Shown here: positions 19,997 to 33,396 of the stretch, one piece after another
Position numbering within the stretch: the first letter of the stretch is position 1
How the letters are laid out: every line of letters begins with the position of its first letter
Assembly: GCA_017628025.1 (NCBI GenBank)
Contig: JAGBZX010000033.1
Span: 13,280 to 77,279 of the forward strand
Length of the DNA stretch: 64,000 bases
Direction: 5' to 3'
From: Kiritimatiellia bacterium
GTDB lineage: Bacteria; Verrucomicrobiota; Kiritimatiellia; RFP12; UBA1067
Notes under the pieces: generated by a model
Told to the model about the DNA's origin: nothing
Databases searched by the model: none
The model's input: the letters and a program-made list of their open reading frames with translations, nothing else
Position numbers and translations under genes: made by a program

Positions 19997-21415
19997 TTAT
20001 TTCTCGTTTGAAAAACAAGACTTTAAGACTTTGCCAATGTGGTCATTTTCATAGAATCCAGCAAATTTCTCTTGCATAACGCCTTTGGCAGTAGTCATTG
20101 CAGGAAGCGAAGAGTGAGTGTCGCTACCCCAAGCCACACCTGCTTTTTGCATTAATATCATAGAACAAGCATTGCCTAAACTATAGCGAAGAGGCTCTAA
20201 ATAGTTTTTTGTTTCTTCTACCTTATCGCGATACTTTTTCATATCAGCATCAAAGGCTTTTTTAATTGATTTAATATCGCTTTCTGTAAGACGGACTAAA
20301 TTAGTAGGTGATTCTGCTTCAATTGAATAACCAAATGCTTCACCAATTAAAGGACCAACATCTTCAAATTTCACATCGCCCTTCTTTTGAGCATAAAGCT
20401 GGGCTACTTGCCCATGGAATCTATCTATCGACATTGTTTGCTGTGCTAATCTCTCTAGGCGAAGGCGATTTCCACCTGCAGTAAAGCCCATTGTCATAGA
20501 GCCTGTCTCATGATCACCAGTTACTACAATCAGCGTCTCATCTGGATGCTTTTCTGCAAATTTAAGAGCAATTTTTACAGATTCATCTAATGCTAGAATA
20601 TTGTGCAAAACGGTAGCTGCTTCGTTGCCATGGCAACCCCAGTCAATGAGACCAGCTTCACACATAATAAAGAAACCCTTGTCATTATCAAGTAGTTCAA
20701 CTGCCTTCTCAACCAAGCGCGGCATGCGCGGACACCTATCATTATAACGCCAATCAAGCGCATGTGGCAAGGTACTTTGATTAAAATTCATTATCACCTT
20801 ACCCTCACCCGGTTTAAGCTTCTCAAATGCTTCCTTGCTCCTAACGACTTTGTAGCCGTTTGATATTGCTGCTTGTATGGCTTGCTCTTCCTTCTCACCT
20901 TTCATACCAAAACCGCCACCAGCAAAATAATCAAAATTAGAGGCGAAAAGATCGTCAATTATGTTTTTAAGTTGCGAGCGCGATTTACGGTGAGCATAAA
21001 AGCTTGCTGGCGTAGCATGGGTAATCATCACTGTAGAAAGAATACCAACCTTTAGCCCATTTAGCTTTGCTACCTCAGCACACGAAAGCGCTTTCTCGCC
21101 ATTTTCATCTACACCCAAACGGCCATTTCGCGTTTTTACGCCACAAGCTATCGCAGTGCCAGAAGCAGCAGAGTCAGTAACAAGATTGTTAGCCGATCTA
21201 GTGCGTGCCATACCAGTTATTGGCAACATATTCATCGCCAATGGTCCATTACCTTGAACGATAGAGAACTCATTAGCCATCATGCGCTGTGGGACGCTCA
21301 TTCCATCGCCAATAAAAAGAAACACATATTTGGGCTTTTTTGCCTCTCCTGCAAAAGCAGTAACAACAAAAGAAGCCCCTAATACTAACGATAAGACTAA
21401 ATTACGCATATACAT
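19997..21415 (-). CDS. Alkaline phosphatase (PhoA family), secreted
   Basis: Signal peptide present. Motifs are DGMS (phospho-Ser region), TDSAASGTA and GDHETG. Confidence 0.8.
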   Translation of the reverse strand: MYMRNLVLSLVLGASFVVTAFAGEAKKPKYVFLFIGDGMSVPQRMMANEFSIVQGNGPLAMNMLPITGMARTRSANNLVTDSAASGTAIACGVKTRNGRLGVDENGEKALSCAEVAKLNGLKVGILSTVMITHATPASFYAHRKSRSQLKNIIDDLFASNFDYFAGGGFGMKGEKEEQAIQAAISNGYKVVRSKEAFEKLKPGEGKVIMNFNQSTLPHALDWRYNDRCPRMPRLVEKAVELLDNDKGFFIMCEAGLIDWGCHGNEAATVLHNILALDESVKIALKFAEKHPDETLIVVTGDHETGSMTMGFTAGGNRLRLERLAQQTMSIDRFHGQVAQLYAQKKGDVKFEDVGPLIGEAFGYSIEAESPTNLVRLTESDIKSIKKAFDADMKKYRDKVEETKNYLEPLRYSLGNACSMILMQKAGVAWGSDTHSSLPAMTTAKGVMQEKFAGFYENDHIGKVLKSCFSNEK

Positions 21416-21458
21416 GACAAAACTGAACTATCAACTTAACAATCTTTCGAGCACAAAA

Positions 21459-24774
<3,316 letters not shown>

Positions 24775-24779
24775 CTCCT

Positions 24780-25280
24780 TTATCTTTTAAAAATGAAAAA
24801 TTTACGAATGAAAAAATTAATAAAAAAAGACGCCAGAACTTCAACGACTAACGCAAAGGAAGTACTAGCTCCCATTGAATCAATCAAAAACTTCATAATT
24901 CCAAGCGCTACTAAAGTTGCAGATGCTGAACAAGAAAAGAATAAAACAAGCTCCTTTAGCCAAGAATATTTACCAGGTTTGAACACAAATTTTCTATTCA
25001 TTAGCCAACAGAAAATATTTGCAATTATAAAACCAAAAGCTGTGTTAATAGATGCCAACATACCTCTAGTTGCATACCATGGTTCATCGCCTGTAAAATT
25101 AGCTTCAGGCAACCCTAGATACACTACTGCGAAATCTCCAGAGGCCAAGCACTTAAAGACTAGGCTAGAGGCCACATAGAAAATTATAGCTTGAATAAGT
25201 GTTGCTAGAACACCTATAACGCCGTATTTGACGAATTGCCAAAACGGGCTAGCGTCTAAGGAAAGTATCTTGCGGATCAA
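24780..25280 (-). CDS. GtrA-family membrane protein (polysaccharide synthesis associated)
   Basis: 166 aa, 4 TM. The N-terminus QFVKYGVIGVLATLIQ is typical of GtrA-like proteins. Confidence 0.6.
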   Translation of the reverse strand: MIRKILSLDASPFWQFVKYGVIGVLATLIQAIIFYVASSLVFKCLASGDFAVVYLGLPEANFTGDEPWYATRGMLASINTAFGFIIANIFCWLMNRKFVFKPGKYSWLKELVLFFSCSASATLVALGIMKFLIDSMGASTSFALVVEVLASFFINFFIRKFFIFKR

Positions 25281-26731
25281 TTAATCCCCAGCTTGTCTAT
25301 GTCAACAGCACCAATTTCAAGCGGTGACGTTGTGCGCCACGCACCCCTTGTGAAATCAGGAATGTCAACCGACTTTGAACGAGCACGAACTGACTTTTCG
25401 CTAAGTTCACACAAGCAGCACCAGCTAGCTAAATCATAAACGTTCTGGTCAAGTGGCATACCATTTTGCAAGCAGTACGCCACACGAAGTAGCATCATAA
25501 AGTCCATGCCTCCGTGACCGCCCATTTTCTTGGCTAATTCGCCAGCTTGCTGATAAAGCGGGTGCTTGTATTTCTGACGAATCTCTGCAACTTGTTCATC
25601 GCTGAAGAAACGATGAAGCCCTTCACCAGGCTTTGACTCCCAACCTAAACGAACTGGGCAACCATTTCTAACATGACCTAGAGGAGAGCAGAAATTGATG
25701 CCTTCAAAAATACCCTTCGTGCCAGTAATGCGATTAATACGCGAGTACGGGCGAGGCGACGAAACATCGTGCTGAACCATTATAGAGCGACCAAGATGCG
25801 TCTTAATAAGCATCGTATTCATATCGCCCATCTCAACTTTTTGTTTATGCTTCCAATTCGATTCTGGATAAGCAGCCTTAGCGTATGCCTCAAAATTAGC
25901 CTGATTACTCTCTAATGAAACGAGGTAATCAAATTTGTCACCACGATTGATATTCATCATCATAGCAACGGGGCCTAAACCGTGAGTTGGATACTGGTTG
26001 CCTTTATGGGCGATATTATGTCTTAAACGCCAGAAATTCCAATAAGCCCAAGTATCTTTCTTCCAATCACCGTAATTGTGAGAGCGAAGATCATGTATGT
26101 AAGCGCCTTCTGCGTGAACTATATCACCTAAAAGACCAAGCTTAACGAGATTCATGGCAAGCATCTCTGCTTCGCCATAGCAGCAGTTTTCAAGCTGCAT
26201 ACAATGACGACGAAGCTTTTCTGACGTCTCAACAAGCTCCCAGCATTCATCTACTGTAAAAGCACTAGGAACTTCAATCAAAACGTGCTTACCAGCCTTC
26301 ATAACATAAAGCGCTATCGGCACATGAAGCTCCCAAGGAGTAGAATTCATTACAACATCAACTTCTGGGTCGTCGCAGAGTTTCTTCCACGCCTCGGGGC
26401 TACCAGTATAAACTTTAGGAGCGCGAGTCTGAGAAGAGCGTTCACACTGCGAGCGTCTTTCATCAATCTTCTGCAATGCTCTTTGAATATTATCGGCCTC
26501 AAGATCACAAATCGCAGTAATTTCACAACCAGGAATCGCTGCAAAAGCAAACCCTGCCCCACCGCGGCAAAGCCCGATAATACCAATACGGAGTTTCTTA
26601 AATGGCTTATCGGCATAAGTAGCCATAAGACCACCTTCACCAAAACCAAAGCCCTTCGTGCCTGTGCAACCAACTGCAAACGCAGCAGCACCCATCCAAG
26701 CCGTACCTTTAAGAAACTCACGTCTATTCAT
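25277..26731 (-). CDS. Gfo/Idh/MocA-family NAD-dependent oxidoreductase with twin-arginine signal (GH109-like putative alpha-N-acetylgalactosaminidase)
   Basis: The TAT signal is MNRREFLKGTAWMGAAAFAVG, followed by a Rossmann GIIGLCRGG motif. This architecture is typical of GH109. Confidence 0.6.
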   Translation of the reverse strand: MNRREFLKGTAWMGAAAFAVGCTGTKGFGFGEGGLMATYADKPFKKLRIGIIGLCRGGAGFAFAAIPGCEITAICDLEADNIQRALQKIDERRSQCERSSQTRAPKVYTGSPEAWKKLCDDPEVDVVMNSTPWELHVPIALYVMKAGKHVLIEVPSAFTVDECWELVETSEKLRRHCMQLENCCYGEAEMLAMNLVKLGLLGDIVHAEGAYIHDLRSHNYGDWKKDTWAYWNFWRLRHNIAHKGNQYPTHGLGPVAMMMNINRGDKFDYLVSLESNQANFEAYAKAAYPESNWKHKQKVEMGDMNTMLIKTHLGRSIMVQHDVSSPRPYSRINRITGTKGIFEGINFCSPLGHVRNGCPVRLGWESKPGEGLHRFFSDEQVAEIRQKYKHPLYQQAGELAKKMGGHGGMDFMMLLRVAYCLQNGMPLDQNVYDLASWCCLCELSEKSVRARSKSVDIPDFTRGAWRTTSPLEIGAVDIDKLGIN

Positions 26732-26778
26732 TAGTTAAATCTCCTCGTTTTAGAGATATCTGTCAGTCAAATTACTTC

Positions 26779-28188
26779 TTAGACGCCGCCACGGCCACGG
26801 AGAGTGCCGTGAGAAAGGAAGCCCTCATACTTACGCACAAGAAGATGGCTTTCCATTATGCGAAGCGTATCAAGCGCAACACCCACGATAATCAAAAGCG
26901 AGGTACCACCAAAGAACGAGGCGATATCCCAAGGGATGTTCATCCAGCCCATAAGAAGGTTAGGAATAAGCGCAACAACAAGAAGACCCGTACCACCAAT
27001 CAAAGTGATCTTTGTCATCATGTCATCAAGAAATTCTGCTGTCGCACGACCTGGACGAATACCAGGAATATACGAGCCACCCTTCTTGAGGTTCTCAGAA
27101 ATATCAATAGCATTAAACTGAGTAGCAACCCAGAAGAACGCAAAGAACATAATCAAAAGAGCATAAATTACGATGTGAAGAGTCGTTGGATTAGCAAGAT
27201 CATCAGCAAATCTATTGAGCATACCGCTAAAGCCTGTTGAAGTTGGATCTGTTACCCTCTTGAGAAGCGCAGCTGGTATCTGAATAAGAGGCTGAGCAAA
27301 AATGATAGGCATAACACCAGTATAGTTAACTCGTAATGGCATGAATGTTTGCTGCATACCATATGTATTGCCACCACCAACGCTACGACGCGTAGAATTA
27401 ATAGCAACCTTGCGCACGCCCTGAACGAGCATCACAGTACCCATAACAACGACTACAAAGAAGCCAAGGACGATTGGAAGCTCTGCCAAAGGAGCTGTCG
27501 CCTGAACACCATCAAGACCAAAATAACGCTGCCATGCGCTAAGAAGCGCCTGAGGTAAGCGCGAAGTAATATTAATCATAATGATAAGCGAAGCACCGTT
27601 ACCGATACCGAACGTAGTAATTTGATCAGCAATCCAAATGACGAAAAGTGACGCTGTCGTCATGCCAATAACAGTCATAAGATGGAAACCTAAACCAGGA
27701 TTACTGACGGCTTGAAGCAACTCGCCGTTGTAAGAAAGCCCCATTCCTAGACCTGGCATAGAGACAACAGTCGCAATACCCCAAGACTGAACAATACAAA
27801 GAACAATCGTGAGATAACGTGTTACTTGAGCAAGCTGCTGCCTACCAGTTTCGCCATCTTTTTTCATTTTCTCTAGCGCAGGAATTACAGAGCCCAAAAG
27901 CTGAATTACAATCGACGCAGAGATGTATGGCCAAATCGAGAGGAAGCCTATCGCACATTGACCAAGAGCACCACCAGTAAACACATCAAATAAATCCATC
28001 AAACTGCCGCCGCCCTGAGAAGCTGCACGCATATCTGCTATAGATTTAGAAAGTGCAGCCCAATCAACACCCGGAGTTGGAATTTGAGAGATTAAGCGGC
28101 ACACAAACACTAGCCCTAGGGTAATAAAGATTTTCTTACGCAGCTCAGGTATGCGAAACGCATTCGAGAAACCCTTCATCATCGACAT
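26779..28188 (-). CDS. secY: Preprotein translocase subunit SecY
   Basis: 469 aa, 10 TM. Carries the canonical GIGNGASLIIM motif. It is NOT flanked by rplO/adk/map. Confidence 0.85.
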   Translation of the reverse strand: MSMMKGFSNAFRIPELRKKIFITLGLVFVCRLISQIPTPGVDWAALSKSIADMRAASQGGGSLMDLFDVFTGGALGQCAIGFLSIWPYISASIVIQLLGSVIPALEKMKKDGETGRQQLAQVTRYLTIVLCIVQSWGIATVVSMPGLGMGLSYNGELLQAVSNPGLGFHLMTVIGMTTASLFVIWIADQITTFGIGNGASLIIMINITSRLPQALLSAWQRYFGLDGVQATAPLAELPIVLGFFVVVVMGTVMLVQGVRKVAINSTRRSVGGGNTYGMQQTFMPLRVNYTGVMPIIFAQPLIQIPAALLKRVTDPTSTGFSGMLNRFADDLANPTTLHIVIYALLIMFFAFFWVATQFNAIDISENLKKGGSYIPGIRPGRATAEFLDDMMTKITLIGGTGLLVVALIPNLLMGWMNIPWDIASFFGGTSLLIIVGVALDTLRIMESHLLVRKYEGFLSHGTLRGRGGV

Positions 28189-28275
28189 ATAACTATTCTC
28201 CTCGTCTATTACTATGGTTTTAAAAAATTTCTCAGTATTATAGCAAAAAATATCACGGATAGCAAGAAAACCCAG

Positions 28276-29118
28276 CTATTGGGCAAAAAACTTTAGCAGT
28301 AATTCTGTTTCATCTAAATCGACTCCATGAGGATGATGACCATACATACCTCGTTTTATTACTTTTATAGAGCCACCGGCTTTTTTAAAGCGATCAATAA
28401 AAACCAAAGCGTTCAGTTCTGGCTTAACCGTTTGATCTTGCGCTCCGTAAAGAAGTAAAACTGGTATCTTAGCTAGAGCTATCTTTTCTGCATTATTGAT
28501 TGGCATTCTTTCATCTTCTATCCATTTTCCGCTTTCAGGTGCCATTAACGCCCATGGGCCGATTTTCATAGCAGCCTTCGTAGGCGCGTCATTTGGAGCA
28601 AATGAGTCAAAACTTAAAAGCGGAGCGTCTAAATAAATACTTTTTATACACTCTGGGTATTTAGACGCATAGCGAATTGAAAAGAATCCACCCCAGCTCA
28701 TTCCAATAAGATTTACCTTTGGAGCAAAACCAAGAGCATCAACTAGATATCGCTGAAATTGAGCGGCAATCTCAACGCCCTCGTCATTCATTCTTGTTTC
28801 AAAAAGTTCTATTGTTGCATGGTGATAACCGATTTTTAATGCCTCAGGCACTCCCGTGCGCTTTACATAGGCCTCTGCCCACTGCATAGTCCAAGTCCAA
28901 GGCTTATCTTTAAGCACCTTGTCTTTAGGCTCTACGACCCACGCAACCTTCCCCTTAAACAAAAACTTTATTCGATTAAAGCCATACCATTGATCCTGCG
29001 AAAGCACCTTGCATGTGGCGGCAATCTTATTTGATATCGAGACACTCTCATATGTAGATGCCTCCAATAAACCGGCACAAATTAGGCAAGCTGCTAAGAA
29101 TAGTATTTTTTTCAACAT
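28276..29118 (-). CDS. Secreted alpha/beta-hydrolase (esterase; acetyl-xylan-esterase/dienelactone-hydrolase-like)
   Basis: Signal peptide present. The nucleophile elbow is GMSWGG, and the region has a conserved catalytic His. Confidence 0.6.
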   Translation of the reverse strand: MLKKILFLAACLICAGLLEASTYESVSISNKIAATCKVLSQDQWYGFNRIKFLFKGKVAWVVEPKDKVLKDKPWTWTMQWAEAYVKRTGVPEALKIGYHHATIELFETRMNDEGVEIAAQFQRYLVDALGFAPKVNLIGMSWGGFFSIRYASKYPECIKSIYLDAPLLSFDSFAPNDAPTKAAMKIGPWALMAPESGKWIEDERMPINNAEKIALAKIPVLLLYGAQDQTVKPELNALVFIDRFKKAGGSIKVIKRGMYGHHPHGVDLDETELLLKFFAQ

Positions 29119-29130
29119 CTCTCAAGCCTT

Positions 29131-29973
29131 TTATGAGTTAATTTTTATCTCCGCATAGCGCCCACGCTCTACACCGCGGGTATACTTAGTTGAGCCTTTC
29201 CCAAAAAGTATCGCATAAAATGGTGTAGAGCGGCGAATGCCTACAATCTTTTCAAGAAGCTCTGGCACCTCATTTTGAACTAACTTTAAAAATCCACACC
29301 AACAAGTGGAAATACCGTTTGCGTTAGCAAGATGCTCAAAATTAGAACATGCAATCACCACATCTTCTAAGGGAGTAGCTACTCCTGTCTTTGTCTCATC
29401 GCAAGAAACGATAAGCATACCCGTGGCACCTCTAAAAAACATATCCCCTGTGCCATTTCTGAGTTTAATTGCAGGAGCGGCCAACCAACGCGGTAGAAGT
29501 TTTGAACCGTCACGATGTTCCTCTAATACTTTTATAAAGGATTTCCTAAATTTATTCATCGCATTACGATCGGGATAACAATTAAATGTTAAACCACGAG
29601 CATTACATCCAGTAGGAGAATTAGCCAGTAGTTTCAACAGTTTTTCTATTAATGCCCTATCAACATCTTCATCCTTAAACGAGCGCATTGAACGCCTTAC
29701 TTTCATCCAATTTTCCATTTGCTGCGCAGTTGGAATATCGGCACTCTCTACCTCTAGCGCTTCTTCGGGACGAATTCCATCAAATGTAACAGCGCCACTA
29801 GGACAAATCGCAAAGCAATGCTGGCAGAGCATACAATTCTGAGGTTGCTTCATAACTGGCGTTTGATCTTTACCCACGCCAAGCGCACCAAACGCGCAGT
29901 CTTTAACACAAATACCACACTTTAAGCACTTATTTTTGTCAACTTCAAAAAGCATTTCTTTTGAGTCTTGCAT
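29131..29973 (-). CDS. Fusion of 2x[4Fe-4S] ferredoxin domain and nitroreductase-family domain
   Basis: Two CxxCxxCxxxCP motifs (CLKCGICVKDCA, CMLCQHCFAICP) are followed by a nitroreductase-like C-terminal domain. Confidence 0.6.
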   Translation of the reverse strand: MQDSKEMLFEVDKNKCLKCGICVKDCAFGALGVGKDQTPVMKQPQNCMLCQHCFAICPSGAVTFDGIRPEEALEVESADIPTAQQMENWMKVRRSMRSFKDEDVDRALIEKLLKLLANSPTGCNARGLTFNCYPDRNAMNKFRKSFIKVLEEHRDGSKLLPRWLAAPAIKLRNGTGDMFFRGATGMLIVSCDETKTGVATPLEDVVIACSNFEHLANANGISTCWCGFLKLVQNEVPELLEKIVGIRRSTPFYAILFGKGSTKYTRGVERGRYAEIKINS

Positions 29974-29982
29974 TTTTATGCC

Positions 29983-31137
29983 TCACTTTTTAATATTTTT
30001 TAATCGGTCAACTATTATAGCAATGGCACCATCGCCCGTAAGATTACAAGCCGTCCCCATCCCATCAAGCGCCATGTAAATAGCAATCATAAGAGCATAA
30101 CGCTCTGGCGAAAAGCCAAGGGCAACTTCTGCTATTGAAGCACACGCTAAAACAACGCCCCCTGGAACGCCTGGTGAAGCAACAGCAACTATGCTAACCA
30201 TTATTATATATTCAACAAAAGCTCCTATTGAAAGAGGCTCGCCAGCTAGAATAATTAGACCAGCAGCATAAACAACCATATTTGCCATACTACCAGATAG
30301 ATGAATATTAGCGCAAAGCGGGACTACGAGATCTGCTGTTTCTTGAGAAACTCCATTTTCCTTAGTTTGCCTTAATGTGACAGGAATTGTTGCTGCCGAG
30401 GAGCAACATCCGCAACCGGTAAAATAAGCTGGCAACATCGTCCAAAGTGCTTTTAATGGGTTGCGCCGAGAAACAATTCCTGCTACTGTATATTGTATTA
30501 AAAGAACAAAAATCGTAATTATAATAGCTAGCAGCATAATCATGACACAAGAGCCACCAATAATCTTAAGTCGCCCGCTTGCTGTAAGATTTGCAATTAC
30601 AGAAAGAATATAGAACGGCAGTAGCGGCACTACAACTTTCTCAATCGTGCGCGAGACAATCTTTTTCATCTCATCGAAAATCTTAGGCAATATTTCCGAT
30701 TTTGTCGCAACCATGCCAAGTCCAAACATAAACGAGACAACGAGAGAAGTTGTCACATCCATTACTGGTGGTATCGCCAAAGAAAAATAAGCTGGGAACT
30801 CTTTTGCCACGATATTCTCTGATAAGCCACCTCCAAGAATCACTGGAAATACAGACTTAGAGACTAGAAAGGCGAACGCCCCAGAGAAGAAAGTTGAAAT
30901 ATATGCAATAATTGTTGTTAAAATCAAAAGCCTTCCAGCAGACCTTCCCGAGTCAACTATTGCAGGCGTCACAAGTCCTACAATGATAAAAGGAACAACA
31001 AATTTTATAACTTGAGAAAATATAGCTGTAAAGGAGTTTAGCATTCTTAATACTGGTGACGGCGCAAAAACACCTATCATAGCACCAAGAATCATAGCTA
31101 CAAACAACTTAAAAAGCAACGAATCTTTTAATTTCAT
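29983..31137 (-). CDS. Dicarboxylate/amino-acid:cation symporter (DAACS/GltP family)
   Basis: 384 aa polytopic membrane protein with the DAACS family pattern (re-entrant loop region around ..GLDGM..). Confidence 0.6.
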   Translation of the reverse strand: MKLKDSLLFKLFVAMILGAMIGVFAPSPVLRMLNSFTAIFSQVIKFVVPFIIVGLVTPAIVDSGRSAGRLLILTTIIAYISTFFSGAFAFLVSKSVFPVILGGGLSENIVAKEFPAYFSLAIPPVMDVTTSLVVSFMFGLGMVATKSEILPKIFDEMKKIVSRTIEKVVVPLLPFYILSVIANLTASGRLKIIGGSCVMIMLLAIIITIFVLLIQYTVAGIVSRRNPLKALWTMLPAYFTGCGCCSSAATIPVTLRQTKENGVSQETADLVVPLCANIHLSGSMANMVVYAAGLIILAGEPLSIGAFVEYIIMVSIVAVASPGVPGGVVLACASIAEVALGFSPERYALMIAIYMALDGMGTACNLTGDGAIAIIVDRLKNIKK

Positions 31138-31179
31138 TGTTTACTCACCTTGCCTAGATTACTGAAGCAATCAAATTTA

Positions 31180-32241
31180 TCAACTATTTTTGGTCTTATA
31201 AACCTCATTACTCCATTCATATTCTTTAGCGTTATCAGTTTCATAGACAGTATCAACTATGTAACGAAGAACACGAGCAGAGTTAAAAAGCAGATGATAT
31301 CTTTTTCTGCCAGCAGAAGCTATTTTTCTACGCTTTTCTGGATTTGCGGCATAATAAAGAACTTTTTCTGCCAAATCTTTTGGGCCATCAAAAAAAACAG
31401 CCTCCTCGCCATCCTTAAAAAATTCTTGATATCCGCTTTTATTGGAAATAAAAGTAAAAATCCCTCGACCCATTAAATGAGCAAGTCGATCTGAAGAATA
31501 CCACTTCCAGCCTTCTCTGCGATTTAATGACAGTGACATGGAACTAGAAAGCAGGGCCTCTTCATAATCGCTTCCCGAGATAGCAGGCCTGCCACAAGTA
31601 CCAAAAAGACCAAATCGAATTTTATTAGATAAGTTCTTATCAAGCTCTCTAACTAATGATATACGCTCATCTCCTGATCCATCGTGACCAGCAAAAAATA
31701 AATCATACTTAAAATCTTCTCGCGGAGAAACATTCTCCCATTCCATTGTTTCATCACACATATTTGGAAGAAAACCGACAATATTCTTCCCTGTCGTCCA
31801 TTCCTGCAGTTTTTCGCCAGCCGTAGTTATAAAAATCGCATCACACGAATACATCCTCTCTCGAATTTGATTTACAGTATGCTCTTGCCATATGGGATCT
31901 ACATTTATATGAACAAGTTTAACCTGAGGCAGCAATGAGTGAATTTTTTCGAGAGTTGAATTACGAAGATAATCACAATGTCCAATAAGCACTAAATCAG
32001 GTCTAAAATTTAGACAAGTTTTGATAAATCTCTTATTCATCATCTTTGCGCCTATATTGCGCAAAAAACCAAGCGGTGCAAGATAGCGAGTAATATCACG
32101 CTCTGAAAATGACATTACACGATAATTATTACGAACGCCGCCACACATAAAACGATATCCTTGACCTTCACGACCTGCACCATAGCGGCGAATCTGAAAA
32201 TTATCAACAACCAATAATCGCAATTGATGTTTACTATCCAT
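31180..32241 (-). CDS. Putative glycosyltransferase (GT1-like, CgeB/DUF3880-like)
   Basis: 353 aa. The C-terminal region EEAVFFDGPKDLAEKV..RKRYHLLFNSARVL resembles the GT-B C-terminal fold. Confidence 0.45.
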   Translation of the reverse strand: MDSKHQLRLLVVDNFQIRRYGAGREGQGYRFMCGGVRNNYRVMSFSERDITRYLAPLGFLRNIGAKMMNKRFIKTCLNFRPDLVLIGHCDYLRNSTLEKIHSLLPQVKLVHINVDPIWQEHTVNQIRERMYSCDAIFITTAGEKLQEWTTGKNIVGFLPNMCDETMEWENVSPREDFKYDLFFAGHDGSGDERISLVRELDKNLSNKIRFGLFGTCGRPAISGSDYEEALLSSSMSLSLNRREGWKWYSSDRLAHLMGRGIFTFISNKSGYQEFFKDGEEAVFFDGPKDLAEKVLYYAANPEKRRKIASAGRKRYHLLFNSARVLRYIVDTVYETDNAKEYEWSNEVYKTKNS

Positions 32242-32447
32242 TTACATTCCCTTTAATAACACTACCATCACATAGAGGGATGAATACCTTTCTTTTTTTT
32301 AGTGAATGGTATCACATTCTGCCGTTTTCGTCAATCCTAAGAATTTCGTTATTTGCAATAAATTACCAACCCCCTAACTTTTTGGCGCATTATATAAAAG
32401 ACGTGTTGCTTTAGATATCTAGCTAATGAGTCACTACTTTTTCTTTT

Positions 32448-32583
32448 TACGCAACTCTCACAGCATTTTTTTAGCAAATCTTACTGATTTTCACGCAACT
32501 CGCACTGCATTTTTTAAGCAAATCTTACTGCTTTTTTCACGCAACTCGCACTGCTTTTTTTAAGCAAATCTCACTGCGGTTTA
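32448..32583. repeat. Three tandem ~45-bp direct repeats (each made of two ~22-bp half-units GCAAnTCnnACTGC + T6-7)
   Basis: Units at 32448-32491, 32492-32537 and 32538-32583 share cacgcaactcgcactgc-T(6-7)-aagcaaatcttactgc-T(4-6). Seen directly in the sequence. Confidence 0.8.
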
Positions 32584-32643
32584 TTGCATTGCAAGAAAAT
32601 TTGAATACCTACTCTTCCGATATCTTGATGACGAATTGTAGGA

Positions 32644-33396
32644 TTACACTGAAATTTTCAAACAAATATGTATATCTTCTCTTCCGATATCGCGCAATGC
32701 TCGTGCCATTGTCTTTTCTGCTAAAGTTGGGTCATTGCAATCATCAGAAAGATGTGCTAAAAATATTTTTTTTAATTCTTTTGAGGCAAACCTCTTAACA
32801 AGTTCTGCTGCCTCCTCATTAGAAAGATGCCCCCTTGGTCCACAAATCCGTTTTATAAGCGACATCTGCCTTCCACTGGCAAATAGCATTTCTAAATCAT
32901 GATTAGACTCAAGCGTAGCTAGATGAGCCTTATTAAACATCTGCCCAATTGAATCTAATGGTGTGCCAATATCTGTCCCATGAAAATATGTTATACCCGA
33001 TGCAGTAATAAGAAACCCTACTGGATCGGGAGTGTCGTGAGGAATACTAAAAGGACAAATATTAAAGGAACCGAAATCAAACTCTTGGGAATTTTCAAAT
33101 ATTATAAAAGAACTAATATCTAAATGCAATTTTTTTGCAATAACCTCAGCCGTAAGAGCATTTGCAAAAACAGGAACATCAAATTTATTCAAAAAAGTAG
33201 CTAGACCAGAAATATGATCTGTATGGTCATGAGTAATCAACACACCCTTAATACACGACGGATCAAAATTCCTACTCTCAAAAGACTCCAATATTAATTT
33301 ACGAGTCACGCCACAATCAATGAGCAATGCCTCCTGTCCATGCGTAACAACGGTGGCATTGCCCTTTGACGAGCTTGCTATAGTGAAAAAATCCAA
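32644..33396 (-). CDS. MBL-fold metallo-hydrolase
   Basis: The HxHxDH motif is ITHDHTDHISG. 250 aa. Confidence 0.75.
   Translation of the reverse strand: MDFFTIASSSKGNATVVTHGQEALLIDCGVTRKLILESFESRNFDPSCIKGVLITHDHTDHISGLATFLNKFDVPVFANALTAEVIAKKLHLDISSFIIFENSQEFDFGSFNICPFSIPHDTPDPVGFLITASGITYFHGTDIGTPLDSIGQMFNKAHLATLESNHDLEMLFASGRQMSLIKRICGPRGHLSNEEAAELVKRFASKELKKIFLAHLSDDCNDPTLAEKTMARALRDIGREDIHICLKISV

Noticed and set aside
32611-32692. Duplicate of the 17-bp motif ta(c/t)ct(a/t)ctcttccgatatc from the MBL gene 3-prime end, found just downstream of the stop
   Set aside because: It is a short partial duplication of the gene terminus, probably a slippage remnant. It has no ORF or mobile-element hallmarks.
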